From: Octopus sinensis
Taxonomy: Eukaryota
Assembly (NCBI RefSeq): GCF_006345805.1
Contig: NC_043002.1
Location: 40,362,001-40,426,000 of the forward strand
Reading direction: 5' to 3'
DNA: 64,000 nucleotides
Both the position numbers and the translations under genes were made by a program. A model generated the notes under the pieces. That model saw only the letters and a program-made list of their open reading frames with translations, did no database searches and was not told where the DNA came from. Shown in pieces: positions 11,601-24,300 of the stretch. The first letter of the stretch is position 1, and the number at the start of each line of letters is the position of its first letter.

Positions 11601-13042
11601 TGGTTAAGCCTTAGAAGCTTTGGAACCAAAGACATCAAGACAAGGCGAAGGTGAGTTTTATAAATAATAGTTGGCTGAAAATTGGATTGTGAACAGACTG
11701 TCTCATGTAATCTTATTTAAGGACTTCGATTGGTTAAGTTGCATATTGGCACACTAGAGTTAAGAGACAAATTGTGCCAATACCAACCAATCAGTGGTGG
11801 ACACAATGGGATCCAAAGAGCGCCCAAAAGTTAGCTGTTATCTGTTGCGTTTGAATGTATGTATATATAATAAAAGAGAGAGGAATTTCACTAGAGTGTG
11901 CACTACAAGTCTGCTAAAAATTGGAAAACTTATGCAAACAGCTGTTGTAGATGTATGAAAAAGGCAACATACTTATTTTTCTGTCAGATAAACTGAGTCA
12001 ATTAGAGAGTCATAGCTTAACAATATCATTGGCAGAGTCAGATTTTTTAATTATTAAACCATTATTTTAACCATCCAGTCATTGAGGCTTCACCAGTTGT
12101 TTCAGATAAAGGTCTTCCACTACGAAATGTTTTCTCAATTGATGATGAAATGTTTATTACTATAAATTGATGTATTAGTTATTATACCTCATTTCAAGAT
12201 GGAAAATTGAAATTGAAAATGATGATTGTTCTTTGAATTTGAATATCTTGCTGACTGCATACTAACACAAAAACAAAATAAGTAAGCATCTATTTTTAAA
12301 ATTTCATACTTTTTTTTATTTTCACATACAAACATATTCTTTTATGTTGCAGCTCTAAGGCTGTGGCCATGTTGGAGCACTGCTAATAATACACACACAC
12401 TTTTAAAACTGATGTTTCACTCTTTGCATTTGTTCAGGCAACCTGCTTCTTTTTTTATAATCTGCTTTCACATTGTCTGCATATTGGTGGGGCTATATGT
12501 GATATTTTCCTGAATGTAGTTTGGTGCATCAGGCTTCAAGCTCAATAAGTACCAGTGCTATGAAGTAGTAAGTAGGCCCGGTAGAAATTCAAATGTTTAA
12601 TTGGCCTGTATAAAATATATTAAGATTCATGGAAATCACTTTACGGTATCTTGTCTCCTCCCATAGGCATTATGTCTAAAACTACCTTTTCAAATGTGTG
12701 CACATACATTTCAGAAAACTTGACTTAAGGATGAATTGAACCTTGTGACCCAAGCTAAAATACACATTGTTGGCTATACTCATCTTTTAGTACGAGGAAA
12801 ATGAACACAATTAGACTATGTCTCTGGCTTGAGGATAACTTGATATTCTAATGCACTGCTAGAGTTGTGATCCTGTTCTTGGCTAGGAGACCCTGGACAT
12901 GCTATAGCTGTCCTTCATCCTTTTAACCTATAACATTTTTCTTTTTACAGATTTTCATCTAAAAGAAGTCATTCCATCACCAAGTTTTCAGTTTGGAGGA
13001 TTATCAGGTTCTAAATACACTACACTAGTTTTAATAAAATAA
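1645..13042 (+). CDS. EEF1AKMT2: EEF1A lysine methyltransferase 2 (METTL10/Efm4 family), 3' four coding exons; 5' exons upstream of the window
   Basis: Manual splice: 1645-1762, 9704-9811, 10967-11195, 12951-13042, all AG/GT with phases 2-0-0-1. Translation contains the SAM motif I VDLGTGNG, LTGLDYS, DKGTFDAISL, IITSCNWT and the C-terminal PSFQFGGLSGS, all recognised from METTL10 orthologues. Confidence 0.93.
2170..2572 (-). mobile_element. Bipartite tRNA-derived SINE with a (CA/TA)n linker
   Basis: Pol III A/B-box-like head (ggctgtgtggtaag...ggttccgggttcagtccc); the same element is at 8438-8895 (+), 15616-15790, 27640-28345, 33545-33810 and 58800-59290. Confidence 0.8.
4436..4720 (+). repeat. 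Tandem array of about 6 LTR-end/PBS-like motifs (consensus near GTTACAATTGGTGACCCCGAC), period about 52 bp
   Basis: Motifs start at about 4436, 4492, 4544, 4594, 4645 and 4700, separated by mostly dissimilar spacers. Confidence 0.75.
5204..5283 (+). repeat. 16-bp minisatellite (CACATTCCGCGATGCA) x5
   Basis: Five consecutive units read directly from the sequence. Confidence 0.9.
5614..6531 (+). mobile_element. 5'-truncated CR1/L2-group LINE: uninterrupted RT C-terminal ORF (283 codons) plus 3' UTR and (TAAC)n tail
   Basis: LLFADDIKL catalytic motif; RPILEYG, LERVQKLATR, YEERL..LDL.SLE.RR.RGDLI and LRGH..KL thumb/tail motifs; taactaactaac tail at 6511-6531. Confidence 0.92.
7669..7731. repeat. 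(TA)n followed by (CAT)n microsatellites; the (CAT)n is an RTE tail
   Basis: Direct reading. Confidence 0.9.
7710..7860 (-). mobile_element. RTE LINE 3' end fragment
   Basis: catcatcgtttagcgtccgttttccatgctagcatgggttgg...ggatgcccttcctaacgcc; the same tail recurs more than 10 times in the window. Confidence 0.8.
8438..8895 (+). mobile_element. Bipartite tRNA-derived SINE with a long (TA)n/(TG)n linker
   Basis: Head and tail match the 2170-2572 copy in the opposite orientation. Confidence 0.8.
9353..9485. mobile_element. hAT-type MITE (133 bp)
   Basis: TIR caggcatggtcaac / gtttgctcatgactg; 8-bp TSD gtctgatt (9345-9352) versus gtctaatt (9486-9493). Confidence 0.65.
9704..9811 (+). CDS. EEF1AKMT2: EEF1AKMT2 exon: AEQGFSCLTGLDYSENAVNFAKAVAKNKNINHITFE
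   Basis: ttaacag acceptor, gtaaga donor, 108 nt, phase 0-0; post-I motif GLDYS. Confidence 0.92.
10040..10850 (-). pseudogene. piggyBac (PGBD-type) transposase relic, C-terminal half
   Basis: Fragments TCDNFF, TLVGTIRKNR, LMSTMH, KPEVITCYNKTKGGID, RWPMVIFYNMIDISAVNAF and a frameshifted Cys-rich C-terminus. Confidence 0.88.
10967..11195 (+). CDS. EEF1AKMT2: EEF1AKMT2 exon: VADLLEKDC...HDKGTFDAISL...IITSCNWTEKQLLEHFKG
   Basis: ttgacag acceptor, gtatgt donor; overlaps track ORF 10979-11218; family motifs DKGTFDAI and TSCNWT. Confidence 0.95.
11286..11907 (-). mobile_element. Probable solo LTR, antisense within an EEF1AKMT2 intron
   Basis: The minus strand reads TGTAGTG...ACCACA with internal TATTTATAAAA and AATAAA; flanks ggtc/agtc (3 of 4 match for a TSD); starts with the same TGTAGTG as the 3756 LTR. 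Confidence 0.5.
12951..13042 (+). CDS. EEF1AKMT2: EEF1AKMT2 last coding exon: (D)FHLKEVIPSPSFQFGGLSGSKYTTLVLIK*
   Basis: tttttacag acceptor, phase 1 matches the previous exon, TAA at 13040-13042; conserved P.F.FGG..G motif. Confidence 0.92.
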
Positions 13043-13824
13043 TATCTATAAATTTGTGTTTTCTTTCTTTTTTTTTATATTATTTGGTTGTTTTAATTTT
13101 ATGGCATTATACTCTCATATCCAGCTTTGTGAATTGAGTAAATTTTAAAAAATTAGTTTCTAGTTTGGAAAATGTGAAAATACATTAAAAACTGAATCAT
13201 ATAGAACATTATTTGTTCTATTTCTAAGTAATAGTTAAATATAAGAATTATTCTCCTGAGAGGCAACCTTATTGCTTGCGAAGTACTTATTTTCTTCACA
13301 AGTGGAGACAGTTGCTCAACTTGCTATAAATGGCAGCATAAAAACACTTCCACAAGTCATATCCTAATACCTTAAACCATTCGTTACTGTATTTATTTTG
13401 AGATGCTCTGTGTTTCTTTAAATTACTTTAAATATAACAAAGAATTTAGTAAAATAACTTAGTTATCATTCAGCTAGTGTTAGGAACATAAATTGTGATT
13501 AAGGTTTGGTGGAAGATTTTAATTCAAAACTTAATGAAAACAAGACATTTGTACTCAGATTAGCTAAAATTCACTCATTCACATGCTACAATTGATTCGT
13601 ACAAGTTTCTTCTATTTTTACCTCCTTGTTCCCTGAACTAGCTAGTAGCACTTATCTTCCCACTCAAGTGGTTGATATTTCTCTCCTATTGTGTCACTTA
13701 GACCTCAATCAATGGAATTGCTACTTTCTGAAATTGCCATTTTCCCCTGGAGATTATGAAAGTTCATAATCTTGTCAGTCTGTAAGAGAATGAGGTAATG
13801 AGAACCCCTTCTGACTAATTCATC

Positions 13825-14510
13825 ATCGTTTCAATGCCTACTTTTCTATTGGACAAGCAGAATTTATGTAGTCAGATGCTCTTCCTGATGGCAGCCCTCC
13901 TATTTTTGTCATCATCATTTAGCATCTCCTTTCTATGCTGGCATGGATTAGACAGTTTAACTGAAACTGGTAAGCTGTTGAGCTACATCAGGTTTCAATC
14001 TTATTTGGCGTAGTTTCTATGGCTGAATGTTCTTCCTAATGCTAACCACTCCAAGAGTGTAATGGGTGCTCTTTATGTGCCAGTTACATGACACCAGCAT
14101 CAGCCATGACTACAATTTCACTTGGCTTGATGGGTCTTCTCAGGCATGGCATACTGCCAAAGGTCTCGGTCACTTTATTGCCTCTGGGAGGCCCAATGTT
14201 CAAAGATCATGCTTCACCACCTTGTCCCATGACTTCCTGGGACTACTCCTTCCACAGAGATCAGCACTTCTTTACACAGCTGTCCTCCTCCACTTGCATC
14301 ACATGACCATAGTAACACAGTCGTCTCTTGCAAACTGCATCCGATGCCTCTTACACCCAACTTTTCTTTCAAGATGTTTACACTGTTGTACACATAAACT
14401 GTCATTGCACATCCAGTGAAGAATACTAGCTTCATTTCTTTCAAGCCTATGCATGTCCTCATCAGTCACAGCCCATGTTTCACTGCCATGTAAGCATGGC
14501 TGTTCACACA
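13825..14510 (-). mobile_element. Degenerate RTE LINE 3' fragment
   Basis: Reverse strand encodes relics of LHGCDW..MHRLERNEASIL and GRPRK..; RTE tail at about 13910-13960. Confidence 0.75.
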
Positions 14511-14679
14511 GGTAGTGAATGCTGAATTATTCAATAATCGTAGGGATTGTAACAAGCAGATAAGTGACAAAGTATTCAATTAAATGGTCTACCCTGAATA
14601 TGCAAATATTAGATCACATGAACATTTTAGTTAGTATTCTAGGTGTACCACATTGTTATGGTTATTGCCAGTACTGCCT

Positions 14680-14838
14680 GACTGGCCTGCAAAAAGCACC
14701 CACTACACTCTCAGAGTGGTTGGCATTAGGAAGGGCATCCAGCTGTAAAAACTCTGCTAGATCAAGACTGGAGCCTGGTGCAGCCATCTGGTTGCCAGCC
14801 CATGTTAGCATGGAAAACGGACGTTAAATAATGATGAG
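14680..14838 (+). mobile_element. RTE 3' UTR fragment
   Basis: ggcattaggaagggcatccagctgtaaaa...catggaaaacggacgttaaataatgatgatg. Confidence 0.75.
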
Positions 14839-15814
14839 TACAGTCCTAGAATTTAGGACTTACAAAACTTTTATTAGAAAGACAGTATTATTCAAGAAAC
14901 TTGGCTGTTCAATTGAGTGACTTTATTATGGTTTCCTAACTTGAGCATAGTTTGGAAGTGAAATCCAGAACACAGATTTGGCCTATTTATTCGATTTCCA
15001 AAGCTAAAGAATTTCTTACATTTTGAATAAAGTAAACTGCTGCAAAGTTAGAAGGCTGAAGAAGAGAACCACATATAGTTGTTAAATATACTATTGATCA
15101 AACAAACCTGAGACCCCACCACTTTTTTTTCTCTCTCAGAAATAGCATATTCAAAACCACATTATCTAATGTGAACCTTTTTAAAGATGGTAGGTGTTAT
15201 CTGAAGGAAATTTGGTTGCTGCTATTTCAAGCACGCTGAGAAGCTATATAGAGGCTCTGAAACACCTTAGTTGAAAGTTATGGTAGTATTTGGAGCTGTG
15301 AGACAACACAATATAACTGATTTAGAGAATTGATACAAACATGAGTTTTCACAGAAAGGGAACAACTTCCAAGATATATTTACCTGGGTTTCATTTGTCT
15401 ATCATTTCCTTTTGTGTTTGAAGTTCCACTGGTACAAGTTAAAAAACATGTTTGAGTACAGGTTAAACACTATCTTTCTAAATTGTTACGAGTTCTTGAA
15501 TCAGGCATGAGAACTTTAGTTCAATTTGCCTGAAATTTAGTACATTGTAACTTTTCACTAAGCAGCATTTCAAGTCTATCAATTTAAAATAGTTGATGCA
15601 CACATACATATATATAGGTGCAGTAGCAGTTGTGCAGTAAGTAGCTTGCTTACCAACCATATGATTCCGAGTTCAGTCCCACTATGCGGCATCTTGGACA
15701 TGTCTCTACTACTATAAACGTTGGGCCAATCAAATTCTTGTGAGAGGATTTAGTAGACGGATTCTGAAAAAAATCTGTCATATGTATATATATAAGTGCA
15801 TATATCTTTATATA

Positions 15815-15861
<47 letters not shown>

Positions 15862-15939
15862 GAATGTGTGTGTGTGTATATATATATGAATATATGTATA
15901 TATATATATATATGTGCATGTATATATAAGTATATATAT

Positions 15940-16385
15940 ATATGAAGCTAGTATGTTCTGCTGGATGTGTAATGTCAGTGTGCATACATAATGGAGTGTA
16001 AGCACCCCCGAGAGAAAAATTGGATTTAAGAAGCATCAGATGTGGTGTGCAAGAGAGACGACTGCGCTGGTATGGTCACGTGTTGCGAATGAATGAGGAC
16101 AGCTGTGTGAAAAAGTGTCACACCCTAGCAGTTGAGGGAACCTGTGGAAGAGGTAGACCCAGGAAAACCTGGGATGAGGTGATGAAACACGACCATGCAA
16201 CACTGAGGCTTACCGAGGCATTGACTAGTGACCGGGATTTTGGAGATAGGCTATGGTCTTCTCAAGCAGAGCATATGTCAGTGGGTGTAACCAGCCTACT
16301 TATGAAAATACCCCATTCATTGGACAATAAACTTTACTTCCGAAGACCCATGCCCACATGGAAAGCAGACGTTAAACAATTATAG
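15940..16385 (+). mobile_element. RTE LINE 3' fragment
   Basis: [36 protein letters not shown] (track ORF 16020-16385). Confidence 0.88.
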
Positions 16386-16639
16386 ACATATGCACACATA
16401 TACATATGTATGTATACATGTGTGTATATAGATATGCCAGCATAAACCATGAGTTTCCCATTGTTATATCCATTTTCTTCTCATATATATACATACACAT
16501 AATATATATATATATATATGTACATAGCTCAGTCATTAGAGCATCATACTCTTATAGATCAATCTTAGAAGGAATCTGAGGTCTGCAGGGTGAAGTCCCT
16601 CTGCAGGTGTCTATTATATTCAACCTTACTGCTTGCTAC

Positions 16640-18030
16640 AGCTCATTTGAGCTTTTACAACCAGTTCATATCTGATCATTTGCTTCTGCCAGATAGTAGC
16701 ATCACTGATGCTACATTCCTGGTACAGCAACTGCAGGAGAAATACCTAACCAGAGATAAACCTCTATAGTTGTCTTTTGTTGACTTTGAGAAAGGCTTTG
16801 ACAAGGTCCTCCGATCCCTTATCTGGTAGATGCGGAAATTGGGGATTGACGAGTGGTTAATAAGAGCTGTACATGCCTTGAACAGGGATGCCATTAGTAA
16901 GGTAAAGGCCAGCAATAAGTATAGCAAAGAATTCCGTGTAGAAGTAGGGCTTCGCGTAATATAACCCCTCTCTGATTCATCATAGTCCTCCAGGCAAGAA
17001 CGGTACCCCTGGGAGCTCCTCTATGCTGATGACCTTGCTCTCATAATGGAATTACTACCAGAACCAGAGAAGTTTCAGGTGAAGCAAGGTCTTGAATCAA
17101 AGGGCCTTAGAGTCAATGTTGCAAAAATCAAAGTCTTAGTAAGTACGAAGGTAAACACATCACAAACCCCTTCAAGTAGATGGCCCTGCTCGATCTGCAT
17201 AAAAGGTGTAGGTAGAAACTCTGTAAGATGTACCCAGTGTAAGCTATGGACACATAAGTGCAGCAACATCAAAGGAAGGTTAACTGGGAAGATAGCTTTT
17301 GTGTGCAGCAGCTGCACAGGGGCAATAAACACTACAGATGCTCAGAAAACTGATTCCATCATATGCCAGGGGAAGAAACTAGTGGTAGTTGATAGCTTCT
17401 GCTACCTATGTGATCAAGTGTGTGTGTGTGTGGGGGGGGGGGGATGCTTAGAGAGTGCTACCACTAGAATAAGAATAGCCTGGGCAAAGTTCAGAAAGCT
17501 TCTACCCCTACTGGTGACAAAGGGCCTCTTGCTCAGAGTTAAAGGTAGATTGTATGATGCATGTGTGTGTGAACTGCCATGCTTCACAGCAGTGAAACAT
17601 GGGCTGTGACTGAGGACATGCATAGGCTCAAAAGAAATGAAGCTAGTATTATCCACTGAGTGTAAGCGTCCTGAGAGAAATGTTGGACATAAGACGCATC
17701 TGATGTAGTGTGCAAGAGAGATGACTGCGCTGGTGTGGTCATGTGCTACGTACAGATGAGGAGAGCTGTGTGAAGAAGTGTCACTCCCTAACAGTGGAAG
17801 GAACCCATGGAAAAGAGAGACCCAGGAAGACAAGGAATTAAGTGGTGAAGAATGACCTTTGAATGTTGACGAAAGACTGAGACCTCTGGAGATATACTGT
17901 GATTGAGAAGACCCAGCAAGGAAAGTGAGATTACAGCTGTAGCCTACACCAGTGTCATATAACCAGCCCATTTAAAAAGTACCTTTGAATCGTCAGGTAA
18001 CACTCCGTGCTTGAGGAAACCTATTGAGTC
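16640..18030 (+). mobile_element. Decayed RTE LINE RT region with a PHD-type finger
   Basis: ctatgctgatgaccttgct (YADDLA); KGLRVNVAKIKV; CSIC..CTQCKLWTHKC..CSSC; RIRIAWAKFRKLLP; frameshifts present. Confidence 0.88.
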
Positions 18031-18339
18031 AAACAACAGCCATTAAACATGAATGGAGTTTGGTTTTTAACTGCTCTTCTCCCCTCTCTATATCTTCATA
18101 TATATACACACACAAAATTTGCTGCTATCAGCCCAGCAACATATTAGAAACGTGTCCGAATATGAACAAAGAGGCAGGACTTCGCACTCTTTTACTATAT
18201 ACATATATGTGTGTGTTTTCCTGTAACTGGTTGATTTTAAGTTCCTGAATTAAGTGGGTTTTTTTTTTTTTTGGAACTGAAACAAAAAAAATGTACATGT
18301 ATTCCAAATGCTGTGTTAAATAGAAGACTAAAGAAAAAA

Positions 18340-18381
18340 AAAACAGAAGGCAAAAAAGATTTCCACAAAACAACATTTATT
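18340..18381 (-). terminator. Candidate FAM120A polyadenylation site (AATAAA plus downstream U-rich element)
   Basis: TTTATT at 18376-18381 on + equals AATAAA on -, followed in the transcript direction by long T-rich runs; coincides with the edge of the repeat-free block. Confidence 0.4.
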
Positions 18382-21300
18382 AAAATAACGACAAACCATA
18401 CCACTGTGAGCTTTGACCACTGGGTTTAGCCCTCCGCAACGTACAGTGATAAACCATTGAGATTGGTAGAGAGAATAGAGTTGTAGTTATACCTAAGTAT
18501 ACTGTCAGAGCAACAGTTGGGTTTGGGCTTATTTTTCCCTGATTAAAAGTTCTTGAAATGAAAGGGAAGAAGATTGAAGTAGAAGAAAAAAATGAGTTGC
18601 CCTTCTCTCCCCTAAAATATATAGTGGCTACATTAGCCAGGGGAATAGTTGAGAGCTGAAATTGAAGCAGCGGGTGCTAGAATATTGTCATAACATGTCT
18701 TATATTAAATGATATTTAATACAAGATGCACCAGAGATGTCATCCTCACTTCAGCTCGTGGGCATAGGGCAAGAAAGGGATAGTTTGTTCATACCTTAGA
18801 GTAAGATGAAGCTGATTACGATGCACAGTACACACACACTCTCTGTCTATAGATATAACTATTTTTTTTAACATCAATAATTTTGCTGTTTCACTAAAAC
18901 TAAAAGCAAATATATTTTGTTTTGATAAAATAACACATGCTTGAAGAAAAAATTATATATATATATATGTATATATATGTATGTATGTGTGTGTGTATAT
19001 AGATATATATACATATATATTGACAAAAAGAGGGGAAGAAAAACAAAAAAGAGAAAATGTATTGCAATGTTAATATTGGTCTGTTTTAGTAAATCATTAG
19101 AGTCCCAAGAAAGAGGAAAAGGTTAAGAAACCAACCAAGTGAGTGAACAAAAATTCCAAAGAATAAACGACCATTTATATTTACTTATACAGCTGTGTAC
19201 ACTGCACAGAAGAGAAGAGGAGAAAGCAATTATTTGCCTCAATATAGTTAAGTAATGAAGCCACACTTCAGTTCATGCAAAGCCTAATTAAGAGCATAGA
19301 CAAATTATGTTAGGGAAGAAGAAAAAGAAAAAAAGTGGCCTTAATGTGTTTTGTTTGTATTTCTGAACAAAAACCATCATAAAACAAGAACTAGCAAATA
19401 TATTACATATCAAGAAAACTTAATGTAATGGGATTGTTTTGAAAAAGATAAAAAGAGAAAAAAAAGTTGAACATGTGACGCTAAGTCAAACTGAATTGAA
19501 TTCAATAATATGAAGGGTGAGCTGATCAAATATAAACTTACTTATCTAGAATGGCAATGTTTTAAAGCTAAAAAGCAGTTTTTGAAGCAGCATATAATAG
19601 CTGAATGAAAACAGCTTTATTATTGCAATTCTTATACATGATTGGCAATGTCAAAAGGTAATAATCAATAAGAACCTTTTTAAGGAAACAATCCAAGAGA
19701 TGTATTTGCATATATATTAATAGAAATATCTCAGAGCTAGATTATTTTTAGCCAAAACTTAATGCAAACTTCTAGATTTTACACACTTCTCTTGAATAAA
19801 TGTCTTTCAATAAAATTAAAATCATGTCCAATTCATCAACTAAATGAGAGTAACATAAAAAATTTCAAATATTTCAGAATTATAAGTAGTGGTGACATCT
19901 GAAGTTGGATGTCCACAAAATAACCATATTTAAATGTGTCTATGTTATAGAATAAAAATTGAGGATTGCCACAACCAGCAAATTTAAAATTGTTCTGGAA
20001 AGTGACACTAATCATATCCATTTCAGAGAACAAATTAGAGACAGCACAAAAAGCAAATATTGAAACTCAAATATTTAGAGTTTAGGTGTGTACATGTGTG
20101 TGTAATATGCAACTACCTATAGCTCACCCTCCCAAATGAAAGCATTGACTCTTTAAATGGCCATTAGAAAACAATATTTTAAAAAATTGGAACAGAAGTT
20201 ATATTGCCAAGAAATCCAGAATTAGAAATAATAAAAGGGGAGAAAGAAAAACAATATTAGGGAAGAAGTGTGAAATATATATATATAAATATATATATCT
20301 GAAATAGTTATATTTTTTAACTTCGATTATAATTCTCTTCAGACATCTCCGATGCCACCTTACAAAAAGGTGTCTAGAGATAAGCATAGTCTTTTAATAT
20401 AATATTTTTCGAATAATCCATTTTCATCATCATTCTTTGCACTAATTACTCTGGAGTGGAACCCATACATTACATAAAAGTTAAAGAAAAATATATAGGT
20501 TGAAAAATTAAAATGAATTTAAGGAAAAAAAATGAAGGACATTCTAACAAAACAAAAACACTACTGCTTCCAACTACAATGTTAAAAGCTTCAGCTTTTT
20601 TACCATTATATATCTACATTTGGGATTAACAAAAAGTTAATTTTACTATTAGGCAAGTACAGTACATATTATATAAAGACAAGTAAAATGAAATAAGAGT
20701 CAGTTCAATTTAAAAGAATTTAAAAAATGTTTTTTTAAAAAAAACTTAAGACTCACACTAATAATATTTTTTTTTTAAAAGCTACAAAGTTTGTCCAAAC
20801 TTAATCCAGACCACATAGAAAAAGAAGGAACTGGTTAGCATTATTATTATTATTTGATAGTTTTCATACTTTAGACAATTTAGCAAAAGTTTACATAATG
20901 GGAAGGGAGAAAAGAAAAAATAAAGTTGAAATAAAATCAATTCTTGCTACTTCTGATTCAGCATAATTTGCTAATTTGACATTAACTCTTATGAGTGATG
21001 TCACTAGACATTAAATTTCATTAGAGTAAGGTTAGGATATTTATTACAATTGAAAATAATAAAGATACTCAGCATGGCATCATAATGCCAGTCCAATGCT
21101 TGACCAACAAGATTTGTTGGTAGCAAATTCAATATTTCTCAGTAAAGTTTTATCATCTTTCATTAAAAAAAAAAAAGAAAAAGTTTAAAAAAACTCATAA
21201 CTTCCTTTTCAATTTGTATTTGGAATCTACATTCTCAAGCCATAATGTTAAGCCAAAATCACTGAATCATGAAAAAGACAGTAACATATGGTGAGGTAAA

Positions 21301-24300
21301 AGTACACACATGGGTGCATTTTGCAAAGTTTACAGCTTTGATGCTTGAAGTAACCAAGTTAAGTTTAATTTAAGAGTTAGAGACTCAGTCTGCTTCTTGG
21401 TTTTGTCAAATCTGTGGGGAAAAGAAAATAAGGACACCATTTTGTAAGGCTCCTTTTAATATTACTAAACTACAGCAGTTATCTTAAGCATTTTCCCTTG
21501 CATTCATTTTTTTTTAATGTTAAATATTTTTTGTCATACCTTTTAAAGCTACTGGGACAACAGGATGCATTTTAGAAATTATTTTTTCCCCTGTTTACAA
21601 ACCAAAAATGTTTTTTCTAAAAAGGTCACTAGTCGATCCAATATATATATTTTTTTTCACATGACAGCAAAATAAAGTTTGAGAACTGAACCTCACAAAA
21701 ACGTTCTTCAATTTTTTTTTCTTTCCTATTGAGGCCATGAATTTTTCAGTTACTTTATGTTGCATCAAGAAACTGGTACCTTAAGTATCCAATAATTCAG
21801 CATTTAAGACAATAGAATTTAAGATGCTTGATCATAAAAAGGTGAGAAAAGTTCATCCAATGGTATGTTTTACAAACATATCATAATTATGTAAAATGGC
21901 TTATTTACCTTAAATTGATATAGTTTCATCAAATGTCAGTCACTAAATTCTATTGGGAAGCTGATTTGTCAATCTGGTATAGGAAACTGAATTGCACTTG
22001 TTTTTTTTTGGTGCAAATCAAGATAAAGAATGATTGCTTATTTGAAGCAAGTGTGTTTATTGTCATTTGTTTTAATGTTATATTAGTCTAGTCAGCATCT
22101 GATGCAGTATGAACTGTGAATTATAAAAGTTTATGGAATATGATTTTGCAGCCATCGATTGGCTGGTCACAAGTTGGTGCATAGTTAGGCTAATAAATCA
22201 GTTTTGTTTTGTAGGAACAGATATAAGTCTATATTTCCTCCCTACCAAGTAGTGCTAACGAGACTTGACAGACAAACCTGAATATATCAATTAGAACTGA
22301 AATCATTAAGCACTTTGTCCCAGCTGTCTGATTTTAAAAATGTAAAGTAAAGCAACTCACAAAGACAAATATTTAGTTTAGTAGATAGAAGTGGAAATAG
22401 GACAATAATGAAATTATAGAAGAAATTAAAAGAATTAAAATAACAAACAAAAAAATCAAATCATATCATATAATGAACACAAAATAAAAGGCATTATGTG
22501 CATCCTGTTAAGTCCAACATTATATGTTGTAGATACATGAAGACAGAGTGAGAAATTAAGAATAATAAAAAAAATAAGATGTCATGGTAGCTAACTAGAC
22601 CTACACATGATTTTAAGATAAATCTAGTTAAAACTGGATACAAAGTAACTTGCCATGAAAACTCACTTATTTTTTGCAATCAGGAATAATTCAATATGAT
22701 CTAAAGAGCATCAGGTTTAGTTGGGATAAAAAATAAAAAGGAAAGAGCACAATATATTCAGTGATTGTGTTTTCTGATTTGTTCTGTTTTTTTGAAACCA
22801 AGCGTCCATAGACCAGGCCCACGTCTGGTAAGGGCACCTTTCAAGTTTCCCATCTAATGACTTAATCCATAGTAACATTAGGATTACGTTAGAAACTCAA
22901 ATAAGTCTTTTGTTTAAGAGAACATCTGCGGTTGGAGGTGAATTCTGTTATTGGTATAATGTTTATCATTTAAAACAGATTTTTCAAAAGAGAGAGAGCA
23001 AGTGGGGCTGGAAAAAAAAAAAAAGTTTTCTTTTTCAGTAATACTTTCAGGTGCCTGAAAAGTTGGTTAATTATTTCAAGAGGCAGTACTTGCTTAATAA
23101 CTATTGACTGCCCTCGCAGCGGAAGCTCGCAGTGATAGCCAAGTCTCATTATCACCACTCGATCATGGCTGCTGTTGTCGTAGTCGTAGTACTAATAGTA
23201 GTAGCACAGCCCATCTTGCATATCGTAGTCACTGACACAGGCATCATCATTCTTTGTTAAATGAGCCTCTGCCAGCACAAGGGGAAAAAAAAAGCCAAAA
23301 AAAAAAAAAAGAAAAAGGAAATTTGTCATTGTACAAAAACAAATATGAAATGTACAAAAATAATACATTTCTCTGTATAAAATGCAGTCAAAAATAAATC
23401 AACTTCAGCCGTACTTACACAGGCTTAATTCCCTGCACAGCATGGTTCCTGTCACAACAGTAAGCATACAGATGTTTAAATAACAAGATGAAGTGGGGAC
23501 ACACTGTTTTGAAACAGAGCTAAAACACTGAGCTAATGTTCAACCAGCAAACATTTTTTTTTTTGGAAGAGTTAGAGTATGCAGTATGAGAGAGAAAAGG
23601 AAGAGTGAACTTTAGCTGATTGTTTTGGCTCCATAAATGGAACATGAACAAATTTTGGCTTTCTAATGAATCAGTCAGATAGTCCAATGAACGAAAACTC
23701 CAAATAGCAACATATTGAGTTACCAAGGATTCCAATGTATGATACAGTATATCTTCACAAATAAGTGCAGATGCCAACTGGATAGTCATGCATGCACAAA
23801 AAGCACTGACCAGCTAATCTAATCCAGTCCAACTTTTTTATGCACTAAATATCAAAACATTTTTCAAATATTATCCAAACAAAATAATGGCTTTTTAATT
23901 TTTTTTTTTTGCATTCTCCTCTCATCTGATCAGTTTAGATTAAGCTCTCAGAATAATTATGATCTGAAGAATATACTTTTAGGCATAAAATATTTGTAAA
24001 TGAATGAGTTTTTGTTACAAATGGACTATAAACAGGTGTCTGGTAAAACATGAAAAGAAAAAAAGAAAAAAGAAAAAAAAGCATTAGAGAATAAGGTTTA
24101 GGCTCAGCTAGAATAAATCAGTAAATTACAACTAAATAAACATGTAATTAACAAAGATACTGCAATTGCAATTCAGTCTTGATAAAATTATCTAACAATA
24201 ATTGGATTATCTTTTCAAGCAACAAATATTACAATAAGCCATCTGATACAGATAGCACTTACATTGCAACATTGAAGCGAAGATTGTCTTTCATCTGGTG

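Noticed and set aside
12140-12260. TGATGA...CTGA pairs as possible C/D snoRNAs (also near 42735)
   Set aside because: Wrong spacing or strand and no terminal stem; expected by chance in (ATG)-rich DNA.
15650-16036. Ile/Tyr/His/Thr-rich ORFs (also near 18941, 53909 and 58677)
   Set aside because: Translations of (TA)n/(CA)n microsatellites.
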